A DNA stretch of 32,000 nt from Promethearchaeota archaeon (GCA_016933055.1 JAFGBS010000004.1:240001-272000), one strand, 5' to 3'; positions 8,233-19,808 are shown, counted from the first letter of the stretch. The notes: generated from the letters alone by a model not told the origin. Numbers and translations are program-made.

Positions 8233-10884
8233 ATGACTAATGACATAAAAATCGAATTTTCAACTGGCATTCCACCTTTAGATAAATTATTGCAAGGGCT
8301 TATGCCTGGGGACAATGTGGTGTTTAAAGTGGATGATTTAGAGGATTTCATTCCATTTGTTCATCGGTTCGCAATCCAAGCACAGAACGATAAGAAAAAA
8401 TTGGTTTATTTCCGTTTTGCACAGCATGATCAACTGATTCCCGAAAACGTGAATGCAGAAGTAATTCATTTAAACCCTAAGAAGGGATTTGAAAACTTTA
8501 TCTCGGAAATTGTGGATACAATCGACGATATTGGGGAAGGATGCTATGTATTTGATTTATTAACTGATTTAACTGTATCTTGGTACTCTGATGTAATGGT
8601 TGCCAATTTCTTCAAATTAATCTGCCCCTACCTCTATAAACTTCCTACTATCGGGTACTTTACTTTATTACGCAATCGACACGAAGAAAATACTATTCGA
8701 GATATTCAAGAAACAGCTCAATTGATATTCGAGATCTATAAACTGGATGACCACACACGGGAATTTCTTTATATTCATCCTCTAAAAGTATTTAATCGCT
8801 TTACGCCCAATCTCTATGCACTTCATAAATGGATAAGAAATTCTGGTGAATCAGATCAACTGCAGTGTATCGTAGAATCATCTTTTATTTCAAAAATATT
8901 AGCCGAATCCTATCACCCTTTCTCAGAACGGGTTAAACAACGCGGCAATTGGCATTTAACATTTAAACTAGCAGAAGAAGTAGTGGAAAAGTTACTGGAT
9001 AAAGATTCTCCTATCAAAGTTTCAGCTTCCCAAGCAGAATCGTTAAAAAATGAACTCCTAAAGATGATTATGGTAAAGGGACACTTACTTTTCGTACTTG
9101 CAGTTAATTATTTCAACTTAAATGATCTTGTGTATAAGATCGGGAATAGATTAATCGGTACGGGCTCTATAGGCGGTAAAGCCATAGGAATGCTCATAGC
9201 TCGAAACATATTAAAACGATATCGAAAATGGAGAGATCTATTAGAAGAAGTAGATTCTTTTTACATTGGAACAGAGGTTTTTTATACATATTTAATCAGA
9301 AATGATTGTTGGTGGCTCAGAAGGCAATTATGCAATACAGCTACATTTCTTGACGGGCAAGATAAGGCGAGAGAACGAATATTGAGAGGTAATTTTTCTA
9401 AACAGATATTGGAAGAATTTGATCGCCTATTGGAATATTTTGGACAATCACCAATAATTGTTAGGTCCAGTAGTTTACTTGAAGACGCATACGGAAATTC
9501 ATTTTCAGGTAAATATGAAAGCATTATTCTCTCAAATCAAGGCACTCCTGAAGAACGAAAACAAAAATTTGTAGATGCTATACGAAAAGTGTATGCGTCT
9601 ACCGTAAGCACAGATGCATTGACATATAGAAAGGAACGAAATTTACTCGATCAGGATGAAGCTATGGCAGTTTTAGTTCAAAGATTATCTGGATCTGAGT
9701 ATGGGAATTATTATTTTCCCCAAGCAGCGGGTGTTGGGTATTCCTTTAATCCTTATGTATGGGATCCAAAAATTGATCCCAAATCTGGCATTTTACGCCT
9801 AGTAATGGGATTAGGAACCAGAGCAGTAAACCGAACGGATGACGATTATACAAGAATTACTCCTTTAAATCAACCAGAACTTAGACCAGAACACAATTTT
9901 GATCAAATTCGAACTCATTCTCAGAAAAAGATCGATGTTGTGAATCTGAAAACTGATAAATTTACTACGGTACATTTTGAAAAAAAAAACATCGATTTAA
10001 CCAATTTTCCGATTGAATTATACGCAGAGAAAGATCCTTTAGTAGAAAACTTGGGTTTTGAATTAGATGATGATAAAAAACCTTTTCCATGGGTTTTGAC
10101 TTTTACTGAGTTATTAAAAACTAATTTTCCCAAGGATATGAAAGAAATGCTGAAAATATTAGAGGACGCCTACCAAACACCCGTAGATATAGAATTCACT
10201 GTAAATTTCGTAGATAAAAGTAAATATTTCATAAATCTCTTGCAATGCCGTCCCTTACATATCGAACAAGAAATATTAGACATCGACCCACCGAAAAAAG
10301 GTATTCCCGAAGACCATATTTTGTTTCGAACATCTGGTCCAATATTAGGAGCAAGTCAAGCCGTAGATATCGATTACATAATATTTGTCGTCCCTCGAGT
10401 ATATGGAAAACTCAGCATGAGTGAGAAATATGAAATTGCTAGAATGATTGGGAAAATAAACAATAAATTACCTACAGAGGATAAAAAAGTAATGTTAATC
10501 GGTCCTGGAAGATGGGGTACTTCCTCTCCCAGTTTAGGAATACCGGTAAACTTTGCAGAAGTTAGTGGGGTCTCTGTAATCGGAGAGATTGCAGAAATGC
10601 ACGAAGGGTTGGTTCCCGATATTTCCCTGGGTACTCATTTTTTCAATAACATTGTCGAACTTGAAGTACTATATTTTGCGATTCAAAAATTAGATGAGGA
10701 GGATAATCTACTAAATCATGAATTTTTCGATAAAACACCTAATTTTCTTCATCAATTTTTACCCGATGAAGAAAAATGGGAACATGCTATCAAGATAATT
10801 GATATAAATCAGTTGAAAAGTGTTCGTAAAATCAAAATTCACATGAACTCGTTTTCTCAATATGGATTGTGTTATTACAAATGA
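8233..10884 (+). CDS. PEP/pyruvate-binding (PPDK_N, ATP-grasp) domain protein with degenerate RecA/KaiC-like N-terminus
   Basis: ATP-grasp motifs 'IGGKAIG', 'IVRSSSLLEDAYGNSFSGKY', 'MAVLVQ', 'GLGTRAV', 'PVDIEF' and 'LQCRP'. N-terminal 'TGIPPLDKLLQGL' has no Walker A. Directly upstream of gdhA. Confidence 0.85.
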   Translation: MTNDIKIEFSTGIPPLDKLLQGLMPGDNVVFKVDDLEDFIPFVHRFAIQAQNDKKKLVYFRFAQHDQLIPENVNAEVIHLNPKKGFENFISEIVDTIDDIGEGCYVFDLLTDLTVSWYSDVMVANFFKLICPYLYKLPTIGYFTLLRNRHEENTIRDIQETAQLIFEIYKLDDHTREFLYIHPLKVFNRFTPNLYALHKWIRNSGESDQLQCIVESSFISKILAESYHPFSERVKQRGNWHLTFKLAEEVVEKLLDKDSPIKVSASQAESLKNELLKMIMVKGHLLFVLAVNYFNLNDLVYKIGNRLIGTGSIGGKAIGMLIARNILKRYRKWRDLLEEVDSFYIGTEVFYTYLIRNDCWWLRRQLCNTATFLDGQDKARERILRGNFSKQILEEFDRLLEYFGQSPIIVRSSSLLEDAYGNSFSGKYESIILSNQGTPEERKQKFVDAIRKVYASTVSTDALTYRKERNLLDQDEAMAVLVQRLSGSEYGNYYFPQAAGVGYSFNPYVWDPKIDPKSGILRLVMGLGTRAVNRTDDDYTRITPLNQPELRPEHNFDQIRTHSQKKIDVVNLKTDKFTTVHFEKKNIDLTNFPIELYAEKDPLVENLGFELDDDKKPFPWVLTFTELLKTNFPKDMKEMLKILEDAYQTPVDIEFTVNFVDKSKYFINLLQCRPLHIEQEILDIDPPKKGIPEDHILFRTSGPILGASQAVDIDYIIFVVPRVYGKLSMSEKYEIARMIGKINNKLPTEDKKVMLIGPGRWGTSSPSLGIPVNFAEVSGVSVIGEIAEMHEGLVPDISLGTHFFNNIVELEVLYFAIQKLDEEDNLLNHEFFDKTPNFLHQFLPDEEKWEHAIKIIDINQLKSVRKIKIHMNSFSQYGLCYYK

Positions 10885-10905
10885 TGAGCTTTGAGAACCA
10901 GTTAG

Positions 10906-12324
<1,419 letters not shown>

Positions 12325-12387
12325 AAATAACATTAAATAAAAAATTGTATTAATATATGTCTTTTCTTTAAGATAGCGAAAAATAGC

Positions 12388-12405
12388 GTGACTTCGAAAG
12401 GTCAC
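12388..12405 (-). terminator. Possible hairpin plus T-run terminator at the end of the RHH gene
   Basis: GTGAC-N8-GTCAC inverted repeat overlapping the TGA stop, followed on the minus strand by gcTATTTTT. Confidence 0.35.
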
Positions 12406-12596
12406 TCTTCCATCAAGTTAGGGATCCGAGTTGTTTTTTCTTGAGAATATTTAATAAACCCTCCGAGCTCGTTTTTCAGTAAATCTCGAATTGCTACTCG
12501 AATTGCCTCACTGCGATTTGGATATGCATCCGCCGCGATTAATTGATTAATTGCGTCCAAATAAGCTTCTGGAATATGCACTGTTATAAGTTTCAT
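12402..12596 (-). CDS. Ribbon-helix-helix (CopG/Arc/MetJ family) transcriptional regulator
   Basis: 'MKLITVHIPEAYLDAINQLI...YPNRSEAIRVAIRDLL' is a classic archaeal RHH signature. Confidence 0.9.
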   Translation of the reverse strand: MKLITVHIPEAYLDAINQLIAADAYPNRSEAIRVAIRDLLKNELGGFIKYSQEKTTRIPNLMEE

Positions 12597-12844
12597 GATT
12601 CTTCATTCCTATGATTATGTATATTGAATTGTGTTTTCTCTGTAATCCACAAGTATCATTAAGATATTAGAGAATACGTATCATTTGGGAATATACATTT
12701 TGTCGACAATCTAAATTTTAAACTTAAAGCAAATGATCGTGGATTAATGTCTTTCTTTTTACCATTTACGGGATGATCTCTACAGAAGTGTAATCATAAT
12801 GTTTTTATGGATTAGAAGAACATCTAAAAAAACAGTGAACAATT

Positions 12845-14296
12845 ATGGCACGAAAAAAAATTCTTAGAGAGCATCACCGACAGCCATTGGGGACAACCGT
12901 CGCATTTGGCTTAGGTGCCATGACAGATCAAATGTCACATCAAATGTTCCAATTTTTGATTTTTGTATATTATTATTCGGTAATTGGTATCTCAACTCAA
13001 GCATTAGCACTAGGTTTTTTTATTTTCGCTATATGGGATTCGATTAATGACCCGATTATGGGCCCGATTTCGGATAGAACAATAACCAAATTCGGAAGAC
13101 GCAAGTTCTGGATTTTAATCATAACTATTCCCTTTGCCCTCGTGAATTTCTTCCTATTCTTCTTCCCAGGTCTGCAAACTCAAAGTGAACTGATTAAAAC
13201 GATATATTTCATCGGTATCATAATGTTTTATGATCTCTTTTACACAATCTTTTCCACTAATCAGCTTGCCCTTTTTCCAGAGATGTTTAAAACTGAACGT
13301 GAACGAGGTCGTGCAAATATGTGGAAAAATATCATGACAATTGTGGGGGTTTTAATAGGATTTGTATTGCCGACAATTTTTATCGGAGGAAATTTAGCAC
13401 CAGAGGGATCAATTGATCAATCTTTTATCTCCAAATATTGGATTACGGGAGGGGTAGTTGCGCTTTTAGTCATCATTGGGGGTTTTATGTTCTATAAATT
13501 TGGGATGAAGGAAGATTCAATAGAAATTGTAGAAAAACGAGAAGATCCTAGTATATTTCACTCCCTCAAAATCGCATTTAAGAATAAAGCATTTATCTTG
13601 TTCATTACAGCGAATTTATTCAATTGGTTTGTGTTTAAACTCCTAACAACCGTCATTCCTTTATATGGACAATTTGTGTTGGGAATAGAAGCGGGGGATT
13701 TCACCCTCACTCTTATGTTGCTCGTTGCATTCCTGAGCGCTACCGCATTTTTCCCTCTGATGCGTTGGTTAGGGAATAAAATTGGAATGCGGAATGCATT
13801 TATCGTTGGAGAATGTGTCTGGATTGCAGCATTAATTCCTTTTGCCTTTTTACAAGACGGAGGGGTCTGGCTTGGTTTACCGCACACTACATGGGCCATT
13901 CTCTTCATGGGTTTGAATGGAGTCGGCTTGAGTGCCGCGATGTTCTTTGTAGACATAATTATGGGCAATATTATCGATGAAGATGAACTGAATCAAGGAA
14001 CCCGCAGAGAAGGTGCATACTACGGGGTAAATGCTTTAATTAATCGTTATTCCACTATTCTCAGCATCGGAGCGATAGCTATAGTATTTAGTGGACAGGG
14101 ATGGGATAGATATTTAATCAATCCAAGTGAATTAGAATCATTTGCTTTGGTGCAAGGAGTAAGATGGTTAATGGCAGGCTTTACAATCGGTGGTATAATC
14201 TTAGTCATCTTGTTTCTAGCATTATTTCCTCTACATGGGAAGCGATTGGAAAAAGTAAAACGAGAAATTGAATTAAAACACACTGTTCAGAATTAA
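12845..14296 (+). CDS. MFS transporter, GPH/MelB-like (glycoside-pentoside-hexuronide) family
   Basis: Motifs 'WDSINDPIMGPISDRT.TKFGRRK.W', 'LFPEMF...ER' and 'IIDEDE....RREGAYYG'; about 12 TM segments. Confidence 0.92.
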   Translation: MARKKILREHHRQPLGTTVAFGLGAMTDQMSHQMFQFLIFVYYYSVIGISTQALALGFFIFAIWDSINDPIMGPISDRTITKFGRRKFWILIITIPFALVNFFLFFFPGLQTQSELIKTIYFIGIIMFYDLFYTIFSTNQLALFPEMFKTERERGRANMWKNIMTIVGVLIGFVLPTIFIGGNLAPEGSIDQSFISKYWITGGVVALLVIIGGFMFYKFGMKEDSIEIVEKREDPSIFHSLKIAFKNKAFILFITANLFNWFVFKLLTTVIPLYGQFVLGIEAGDFTLTLMLLVAFLSATAFFPLMRWLGNKIGMRNAFIVGECVWIAALIPFAFLQDGGVWLGLPHTTWAILFMGLNGVGLSAAMFFVDIIMGNIIDEDELNQGTRREGAYYGVNALINRYSTILSIGAIAIVFSGQGWDRYLINPSELESFALVQGVRWLMAGFTIGGIILVILFLALFPLHGKRLEKVKREIELKHTVQN

Positions 14297-14317
14297 TGCC
14301 TGTTTTATCATCCTAAC

Positions 14318-14773
14318 TTAATTATCTTTCTTCTTTTTCTTTCTTTTTGGTAATTCGATTAGTTCTAGTAATAATCCAGATTGCTTAGTCGAATCTAAAT
14401 ATGCCCATTTCGTCCGCATATATTCCCCACGTGCAATTAATTCTACACCCGCAATAGAATATTTTTGCACTTCGCTCTCTAAATCCTCCACATATATGGC
14501 AATATGGTGGATTCCCCCGTTTGGATTCTTTTCCAGAAATTCGCTATGTGCGGACTTCCCGTTTATAACTTGTATCAATTCGAGCTGGATTCCACTTAAA
14601 AATGCAAACCCTGTTTTAAGCTGAAAACTGGTTTGTTTTCCATGGAGTTCACAAGTTTCAGCTTCCCTAGGAAGGACATTAAAAGGTCCTAATCCCATTA
14701 CTTCTTCGAAAAATTTAATTGTTTTTTCCATATCCGGTACTACAATTCCAATTTGACTAATTTTTTCGATCAT
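14318..14773 (-). CDS. VOC/glyoxalase family protein (methylmalonyl-CoA epimerase-like)
   Basis: 'ISQIGIVVPDME', 'QLELIQ', 'GGIHHIA' and 'LLELIE'. GGTGG RBS upstream. Confidence 0.88.
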   Translation of the reverse strand: MIEKISQIGIVVPDMEKTIKFFEEVMGLGPFNVLPREAETCELHGKQTSFQLKTGFAFLSGIQLELIQVINGKSAHSEFLEKNPNGGIHHIAIYVEDLESEVQKYSIAGVELIARGEYMRTKWAYLDSTKQSGLLLELIELPKRKKKKKDN

Positions 14774-14791
14774 CTAACCACCAGCGTTCTG

Positions 14792-16225
14792 TTACTGTAA
14801 TTCTTTAAGACAATTTTTCAAGCAGAGTTCAAAGCGATCACAAATGAGATTCGCTTCCTCTTCATTAATAATCAATGGAGGCTTGATTTTTAATACATTT
14901 CGAACCATTTCTCCCGAGGGTTTGACAATTGGCATCATTCCTTGGAAATAGATTGCTTGTTTCCATCCCTCCTTTTTCATTGCTTCAGAGAGGTCCGTAA
15001 AGGGTTCTCGTGTTTTGGGATCTTTTACGAATTCAATACCAATGAACAAACCCGGTCCCCGAACATCCCCTATTTGTGGATAAGTTTGCTGTAATTCCAA
15101 TAATCGTTGTGTGATAAGTTGTCCCATTTTTCGCGCATTCTCCGGTATTGCGTGTTTTTGCATAATTTCTAAAACTACTAAACAAGCTGCCATTGGGACT
15201 GGTGTAGATGAAAAGGTGCTATGCTCTTCAGCTTCAGAAAACTGTTTATATTTATCAGAAACTAATAATATCCCTAAGGGATATCCTCCCCCTGCAGCTT
15301 TTGCTAAGGTCATCATATCAGGAGAAACATCTAATTCACCTATTTTGTTATAATAATCGGTGGCAAACATATATCCCGTCCGACCAAATCCCGTTTGGAA
15401 TTCATCATAGATGATTTGAATTTTATTTACTTTGCAAATCTCTTGTAATCCTTGTAACCATTCAACAGGGGCAGGGATCTGGCCTCCTGCGCCTTGAATA
15501 GGTTCCAACATCACTGCAGCTACATCAGAATTCGTGTTTTCTTCAATAAAGTTTTGAAAGAGCTGCAAACATTCAAGTTTACATTTCTTATCTTTTTTTC
15601 CTCCTAGCCCACCTTTATACCCCCATGGACAACGGTAACAATACGGGAAAAAAGCACGTTCCCATCGATCTAATCCAAGCGGTCGATATCTTGTAGCAAT
15701 TCGAATGTATTGAGTTGCTCCTGTCATTGCTAATGAACTGCCATGATATCCTCGGGAAAATACGACAATTTGTTGTTTTTGGTTTCGTTTCTGGGAGACA
15801 TAGGCTAAGCGGATTGCAGCTTCGTTACTTGCACTCCCTCCCATGTTGTTAAAAGCAACTTTTCCTCCCTTAAGCTTTCCTGGAGCAATAGAAGTTAGTT
15901 TTTTTGCAAGTTTCGCACGAGTTTCATCCAAAAATCCAAATTGATGATGAGTGAATTTTCGTGCTTGGACATAGGCTGCATAAGTTGGTTCTATTGCACC
16001 ATGACCTAATGCAAGTACCCATGCTTGGGAAGTGCAATCTAAAAATTCTCGATCATCCCCTCGTATTTTAAAAAAAGGAGTCCCATTTCCTACAGAGGAA
16101 TCAAAAACTTGTTCAAATACTGGGGTGAGTAAATGGTTTTTTGCATTCTCTAACTGTTCATCTGAAAGGGATTCTTGTATTATGTCTTCAATTTCCTTTT
16201 TTGATAACCATTTGGGATTTTTCAT
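14792..16225 (-). CDS. Class III PLP-dependent aminotransferase (substrate unknown)
   Basis: 'GYHGSS', 'EPIQGAGG', 'DEFQTGFGRTG', the PLP lysine in 'PDMMTLAKAAGGG', 'DVRGPGLFIGIE' and 'KIKPPL'. Confidence 0.93.
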   Translation of the reverse strand: MKNPKWLSKKEIEDIIQESLSDEQLENAKNHLLTPVFEQVFDSSVGNGTPFFKIRGDDREFLDCTSQAWVLALGHGAIEPTYAAYVQARKFTHHQFGFLDETRAKLAKKLTSIAPGKLKGGKVAFNNMGGSASNEAAIRLAYVSQKRNQKQQIVVFSRGYHGSSLAMTGATQYIRIATRYRPLGLDRWERAFFPYCYRCPWGYKGGLGGKKDKKCKLECLQLFQNFIEENTNSDVAAVMLEPIQGAGGQIPAPVEWLQGLQEICKVNKIQIIYDEFQTGFGRTGYMFATDYYNKIGELDVSPDMMTLAKAAGGGYPLGILLVSDKYKQFSEAEEHSTFSSTPVPMAACLVVLEIMQKHAIPENARKMGQLITQRLLELQQTYPQIGDVRGPGLFIGIEFVKDPKTREPFTDLSEAMKKEGWKQAIYFQGMMPIVKPSGEMVRNVLKIKPPLIINEEEANLICDRFELCLKNCLKELQ

Positions 16226-16240
16226 CGGTATACGCTTTAT

Positions 16241-16300
16241 TCAGTGATGAGTGATCATCAACTGCATAACATAAAAACCTAACAATCTCTCATATTGTTA
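16241..16300. promoter_or_regulatory. Two palindromes flanking a TATA-like box upstream of the aminotransferase
   Basis: TGATGA-gtga-TCATCA (16245-16260) and TAACAAT-N7-ATTGTTA (16280-16300), with TTTTTATG between them on the minus strand. Confidence 0.45.
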
Positions 16301-17638
16301 ATTCCCATGTTCTCTTGCATCTTCCACTTTTTCGGTAAAAATATCTGGTTTGGATGTTGGTAAACAGACGGGAAACTCCCCTGATAGAATCCGTCGTTTT
16401 AATTCATTCATCAACTTGATTGCCCCATTTCTGTCCGATTGTCGTAATTTAATCGGGATCTTTTTTTCTTTCCAATAAATATGGCCCAATTTACCCACTG
16501 CGGCTCCTTCAGGACAAGTCCACACACAAGTTCCACAATTAAAACATAAAGCACGATTTATGCCCGATTTGATACTAAATGCGTTTGTTGGACAATTTTT
16601 TTCTGCTGGACAATTTTCTTTGTATTCACAATCCTTACAGTGAAGTTCTTGAAAATTTTCTTTTGTTTTAATAACAAGATCTATTTTATTATTCCATACT
16701 TGTCCGTAATCGAGTGTTGTCAACACGTCCCTCCCAACAATATCCACAACGTTTAACGCAACTTGGTCATCCGTCAATTTTAGGTTACTAAAGATTTTTT
16801 CATTCAATATAGGGATAGCGACGGCAATTGTACAGATAACTTCTGGTCCCATCGCTGTTTTAAAACCTCCCATGAATTCCGGTTTCATGTCGAATAGTGA
16901 TGCAATCGTCATAAGATTGGGACGCTCCTTTGATGAACGTGTACCAGAACCAATAATATATCCCAAAGCCCCATTCATCAATAGGGGAGTCCCGATCCCA
17001 ATTATTTCGAAATTAGGATCGTTTTCTAATGGATTTATTACTCCAGTTCCACAAATTGTAACTTCGCTCATATTTGGACCCATACCCATTACGGTGAATA
17101 TAGATCTAACAATTTCATCGCTAGGATTGGTAAATGCATTATAATTCTTAAACGCATGACGAATTCCCAGTACTTTTGCAAAATATATATCGTCGATAGT
17201 TAAGGTTTTTTCAATAATATCTCCTTCAATGGTTGTTGCCTTAATCTTGACAGGTTTATGCTCAACTAATTGCCGTAGCAGATGTCCTGCTCCATAATTT
17301 GGATCACTAAAACTCTTATCTGTCGCATAAATAATCAAGTCTACTATTCCCAAAGTTTCATTAGGACATGGTCCTACATAACAGGGAATATCATTCATAA
17401 ACAGGGTTTTAACTTTTACAAACTCTTTTGGATTACCGATACGAAATGAAAAAACTGCAGATGTACCACTCATAAGCCCTTTGGTTGCGGTAGTTACTAC
17501 ATCCACTTGATCAAAGGAAATTTTTTTGCCGGATTGAGTAAGTTGACATAATTCTTGAGCAGTCATTATCACTGCAGAACCATCTGAGATTTTTTTTCGA
17601 ATTTCTTCGATCGATCGTTTTTTCTTCATCCAGTTCAT
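16298..17638 (-). CDS. DUF39 / 'methanogenesis marker 16' metalloprotein with C-terminal ferredoxin domain
   Basis: 'AVIMTAQE', 'VDVVTTAT.GLMSGT', 'GPCPNE.LG', 'AFKNY', 'NPLENDP', 'GTRSS..RPNL' and 'MGGF.T..GPE'. C-terminal Cys motifs CxxC...CxxxxxC and CxxCxxCxxxCP. Start at ATG 17638 or 17629 is more likely than 17695. Confidence 0.85.
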   Translation of the reverse strand: MNWMKKKRSIEEIRKKISDGSAVIMTAQELCQLTQSGKKISFDQVDVVTTATKGLMSGTSAVFSFRIGNPKEFVKVKTLFMNDIPCYVGPCPNETLGIVDLIIYATDKSFSDPNYGAGHLLRQLVEHKPVKIKATTIEGDIIEKTLTIDDIYFAKVLGIRHAFKNYNAFTNPSDEIVRSIFTVMGMGPNMSEVTICGTGVINPLENDPNFEIIGIGTPLLMNGALGYIIGSGTRSSKERPNLMTIASLFDMKPEFMGGFKTAMGPEVICTIAVAIPILNEKIFSNLKLTDDQVALNVVDIVGRDVLTTLDYGQVWNNKIDLVIKTKENFQELHCKDCEYKENCPAEKNCPTNAFSIKSGINRALCFNCGTCVWTCPEGAAVGKLGHIYWKEKKIPIKLRQSDRNGAIKLMNELKRRILSGEFPVCLPTSKPDIFTEKVEDAREHGN

Positions 17639-17705
17639 CCTTAGTAAATTGATAACATGAACAACGATTATAGGGATAAAAATCTGTTCCATCAATTATA
17701 TTGAA

Positions 17706-19556
17706 TCATTTTACAGTAACTGATTTCGCTAAATTTCGAGGTTTATCGGGATCCAATCCTTTTTTGATAGAAATATAATATGCAAGTAACTGAAGCGAGA
17801 ATGCAAACGGAACAATAGATGTTTCAACAGCATACTTATTTTTACGAATAGGAATGCGAATAACATAATCAGATATAGAAGTAACATTTTCATCCTCGTC
17901 TGATACCACAGAATATACTATTGCCCCCCTACTTTTCATCTCCATAATATTTCCAACTATGCGTGAATAGGTTTGATCAGGAGGAGCTACAAAAATAACC
18001 GGGAACCCCTCCTCTATCAAAGCAATAGGTCCGTGTTTTGATTCCCCAGCAGCATATGATTCAGTATGAATATATGCGACCTCTTTTAATTTAAGTGCTC
18101 CCTCTAGGGCAGCAGCATAAGAAATCCCTCGTGCAAGGAAATAAATATTATTATACTCCGTTAATTTACTTGCTAGTTCCTTGATTATACCTTGCTTGAG
18201 TAAAATTTGCTTTGTGATCGAAGAGGTGTTTGCAAGGCTTTCTCTGTACGCCTTAATTTCCATCGGGGGTAATGTATGATAAAGTTCTGCAATTCGTAGT
18301 CCGATTAAAGTTAACGCAGTCACTTGCGTACAAAATGCTTTTTGAGATGCAACTGCAATTTCTGGTCCTGCGGTGGTGACTAATACTTGATCAGAATACC
18401 GTGTGAGAGATGAACCAATCTGGTTAACAATTGAGCATATTTTTGCATCCCCCTTGTCCCGGGCGTGTCGAACCGCTTCAATAGTATCTGCTGTCTCCCC
18501 CGATTGAGATACCGCAATAATTAAAGAATTTTTTGGTATATTTGGAACAAGATCAATAAATTCAGAACACAAAATCGCTTCAATGTAAGGTCCTCCAAAT
18601 TTCGTAATCTGAAATTTACCCGCAAGTGCTGCATAATAGGAACTACCCGCTGCCGTAATAAATACATGATCAGATTCCATGATTCCTTTACAAAATTCAT
18701 CAAGATCGGTTTGGGGGATTTGAACTTGTTCTTTTATCTTTTGAGGAACTTCATGTAATTCCTTGATCATATACCAAGGGAATTGGACTCCGTCTAAGGT
18801 TTTTTGAGCTGCATCCATGGTATAGCTTACTTCAAAAGGAGAAATTTCTTTTTGAGTTCCTTCATATACCCTAAATATTTCTACTTCTCCCGGTTTTAAA
18901 ATCGCTACTTCATCATCGTCAAGGATGATTGCTTCACGAGTTAAAGGTAAAAATGCAGGAATGTCGCTTGCACAATAAGTAGTTTCTCCAGGAATTATAC
19001 CTATCACCAAAGGAGATTCTTTTCGTGCTACTACCATATATTCTGGAGTATCTGCATGAATAACTACTACTCCATACGCTCCATGACATTTTTTCACGGT
19101 TTCTATGACTGCATCTTTAAGAGAAAATCCCTTTGCAATAAATTCTTCTATCAAATGTGGGAATATTTCGGTATCTGTATCTGATTTAAATTTATGACCT
19201 CTAAGAAGTAATTCTTTCTTAAGATCTTGATAATTTTCTACAATACCATTATGAACTATTGCAATTTTTTCCGTACAATCCATATGGGGATGGGCATTGA
19301 ACTGAATGGGTTTTCCATGGGTTGCCCAGCGAGTATGTCCCACTCCAAATTGCCCAGGAGTAGAATCAAACCAACCATGTTTATTAATAACTGCAATCCT
19401 CCCGGACTTTTTCCGTAATTCAATCTTTCCATTATTCACTAATGCAATACCGGCAGAATCGTATCCTCGATATTCGAGTCTCTCCAACCCTTCCCGGATT
19501 TGTCTGCCTACCACTAAATCTGGTTTTGTGGAGATGATACCAAATATACCACACAT
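17706..19556 (-). CDS. glmS: Glutamine-fructose-6-phosphate aminotransferase (isomerizing)
   Basis: N-terminal MCGIFG (catalytic Cys), 'LEYRGYDSAG', 'GHTRWATHG', 'SQSGETADT', 'ESKHGPIAL' and C-terminal 'PRNLAKSVTV'. Confidence 0.98.
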   Translation of the reverse strand: MCGIFGIISTKPDLVVGRQIREGLERLEYRGYDSAGIALVNNGKIELRKKSGRIAVINKHGWFDSTPGQFGVGHTRWATHGKPIQFNAHPHMDCTEKIAIVHNGIVENYQDLKKELLLRGHKFKSDTDTEIFPHLIEEFIAKGFSLKDAVIETVKKCHGAYGVVVIHADTPEYMVVARKESPLVIGIIPGETTYCASDIPAFLPLTREAIILDDDEVAILKPGEVEIFRVYEGTQKEISPFEVSYTMDAAQKTLDGVQFPWYMIKELHEVPQKIKEQVQIPQTDLDEFCKGIMESDHVFITAAGSSYYAALAGKFQITKFGGPYIEAILCSEFIDLVPNIPKNSLIIAVSQSGETADTIEAVRHARDKGDAKICSIVNQIGSSLTRYSDQVLVTTAGPEIAVASQKAFCTQVTALTLIGLRIAELYHTLPPMEIKAYRESLANTSSITKQILLKQGIIKELASKLTEYNNIYFLARGISYAAALEGALKLKEVAYIHTESYAAGESKHGPIALIEEGFPVIFVAPPDQTYSRIVGNIMEMKSRGAIVYSVVSDEDENVTSISDYVIRIPIRKNKYAVETSIVPFAFSLQLLAYYISIKKGLDPDKPRNLAKSVTVK

Positions 19557-19601
19557 CAATATCTGGAAATAGAAATATAATATAGTAAAAAAAAGTACGG
19601 A

Positions 19602-19808
19602 TCAAATCCTGAAATCTTCTATTTTTTGGGGAAAAATTTCCTTTAAATAAAATGCTGAAATACGTTTCGACATTTCACGTAGTTGTCCTTCGTCTTTTCT
19701 ACTGATAGCCCGTCGCAACATTATGTCAATAAGTTCTTGCATCTGATTAATTTGACTGGATGGATTTTGATACGTTTGAATAATTTTGACTAAATCATAG
19801 GATTCCAT
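19602..19808 (-). CDS. Small hypothetical helical protein
   Basis: 68-aa ATG ORF in an otherwise empty gap. No motif recognised. Confidence 0.35.
   Translation of the reverse strand: MESYDLVKIIQTYQNPSSQINQMQELIDIMLRRAISRKDEGQLREMSKRISAFYLKEIFPQKIEDFRI

Noticed and set aside
8233-10884. True PEP synthase/PPDK, or a KaiC clock protein
   Set aside because: No phospho-His swivel motif or PEP-binding barrel recognised, and the RecA-like N-terminus lacks Walker A.
16238-16262. C/D sRNA or k-turn on the minus strand (TTGATGA-N10-CTGA)
   Set aside because: Only one box pair, the spacer is self-complementary to box C, and there is no flanking stem. Better explained as a DNA palindrome.
16298-17638. 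Evidence that the organism is a methanogen
   Set aside because: A single marker-family homologue is insufficient, and no mcr or mtr genes are in the window.
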